A DNA stretch of 64,000 nt, taken from positions 87,806 to 151,805 of the forward strand of contig JBAZYS010000002.1 in NCBI GenBank assembly GCA_041659205.1, given 5' to 3'. This DNA is from Minisyncoccota bacterium. GTDB lineage: Bacteria; Patescibacteriota; Minisyncoccia; Phycocordibacterales; UBA9973. Position 1 is the stretch's first letter. Each line of letters begins with the position of its first letter. Below the pieces are notes generated by a model, which had not been told where the DNA came from, made no database searches, and saw nothing but the letters and a program-made list of their open reading frames with translations. Shown here piece after piece: positions 63,066-64,000 of the stretch. Made by a program: the position numbers and the translations under genes.

Positions 63066-63395
63066 ATGATTGACCTTAAGGAATTACAAAAAGAGGTGAT
63101 GAGAAATAAGATAGAGAAGGGTTTCAATGTAAGCGACACTGCGCTAGAATTTTGCCGTGCTCATGAGGAGCTATCTGAGGCTTTTTCTAAATATAATAGA
63201 AATCAATCTGGGGTAGCAGAGGAATTTGCAGATGTAATGATATTTATTTTAGGGATGTGTGAAAATATGGGTTTCGATTTGGAAAAAGAATTACTTCGAA
63301 AAATTGAGATAAATAAAAAAAGAGTTTATAAAAAATCTAAATCCCCAGAAGGGAAAGATGTCTTTACAAGAGTGAAGACAGATGAGGATCCTTAA
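63066..63395 (+). CDS. MazG-like nucleoside triphosphate pyrophosphohydrolase (all-alpha NTP-PPase)
   Basis: EExxExxE-type acidic metal-binding helices (ELSEAFSKY...VAEEFADVMIFIL) and ~110 aa size typical of small MazG-family proteins. Confidence 0.6.
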   Translation: MIDLKELQKEVMRNKIEKGFNVSDTALEFCRAHEELSEAFSKYNRNQSGVAEEFADVMIFILGMCENMGFDLEKELLRKIEINKKRVYKKSKSPEGKDVFTRVKTDEDP

Positions 63396-63396
63396 T

Positions 63397-64000
63397 TTAT
63401 TTCATCACAATATCATGCTCTCCGCGTTTGATATCAAATCTATCTATTTCGCTGTCTAAGTGCATCACTAAGCCGAATTTACTGAAAAGGTCTGAAAGAG
63501 TTTCAGCTAGCATCTTTGCCTTTCTGCGTAATGTTGGGTGCACGAAACGAGTAGCTCGTAATTCTGCCAAGTAAACTAAGGCCGGAATGTTCCCCGTTAG
63601 TCTATTTGAGGTATTATATCCCATTGCTAAATAGTACTGTTTCTCTTCCTTTGAAATATTTAATTTATTTATTTTTTCTTCTTGTTCTTTAATAAAAGAT
63701 TTTGCTCTTGCTCTGTGTTCTTCGGGCAGTTCATTTATATACCATTTTTCGAACCCTATCTCAGTTGTAATTAGTGGCATTCTTTGAGTCACTGCGCGAT
63801 GTCTCTGTAAGTCACGGAAAGAACCAAAATCAAGAATAAATTCTAATTGCAAAGTTCCAGCTTCCGCAATGTGTTTAGGTACTTCTGTTTTTGGTGGTCT
63901 TTTTTCTAAGACTTCTTTTGGTAAAAGTTTTGTATTTATAGAATTATTTACAACTTTAAAGTCTGGGCAATTTTTGTCATGATAGTAATAATCATTTTTC
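63397..64000 (-). CDS. thyX: flavin-dependent thymidylate synthase ThyX (5' end truncated by the window edge)
   Basis: ThyX RHR motif (LQRHRAVTQRM). The reading frame stays open upstream of the ORF-track TTG start to the end of the window. Confidence 0.75.
   Translation of the reverse strand, partial: KNDYYYHDKNCPDFKVVNNSINTKLLPKEVLEKRPPKTEVPKHIAEAGTLQLEFILDFGSFRDLQRHRAVTQRMPLITTEIGFEKWYINELPEEHRARAKSFIKEQEEKINKLNISKEEKQYYLAMGYNTSNRLTGNIPALVYLAELRATRFVHPTLRRKAKMLAETLSDLFSKFGLVMHLDSEIDRFDIKRGEHDIVMK

Overview
AT-rich (about one-third GC by eye) compact bacterial chromosome segment. The small genes, type IV pilus machinery and sparse metabolism resemble Candidate Phyla Radiation / Patescibacteria genomes; this is inference from gene content only.

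The window contains the replication-origin neighbourhood: jag, yidC, yidD, rnpA and rpmH on the minus strand, then consensus DnaA boxes, then dnaA and dnaN. It also carries a large set of DNA repair/recombination genes (ruvC, yebC, ruvB, polA, uvrB, uvrA, uvrC, mutM, ruvA, ruvX), cell-wall genes (PBP1A, uppS, murB, an amidase, an M15 peptidase), type IV pilus genes (pilB; pilMNO), nine tRNA genes, ribosomal and translation genes (rpmH, rpsT, rplS, rplK, secE, nusG, tyrS, tsaC) and an ECF-sigma / MacAB-like / giant-surface-protein cluster.

The most unusual features seen directly in the sequence are:
1. A 5-copy family of ~60-bp conserved intergenic elements, always at gene 3' ends, each enclosed by a locus-specific AT-rich inverted repeat and carrying an internal hairpin with compensatory base changes.
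2. A second GC-rich miniature repeat family (3-4 copies), one copy flanked by a 20-bp direct duplication that re-creates the rplK stop region.
3. A ~50-nt palindromic element inserted in frame in both polA and uvrA, encoding the same LPYDGLQNSSSQ peptide.
4. Three GC-rich (50-60% GC) islands carrying apparently foreign ORFs.
5. Two tRNA-Arg paralogues, each followed by a conserved ~85-bp module ending in a repeat of that tRNA's own 3' end.

rpmH was missing from the ORF track and is added here. The ORF track appears to accept TTG/GTG starts reported as M, so several N-termini were adjusted. No CRISPR array, rRNA or obvious prophage was seen.
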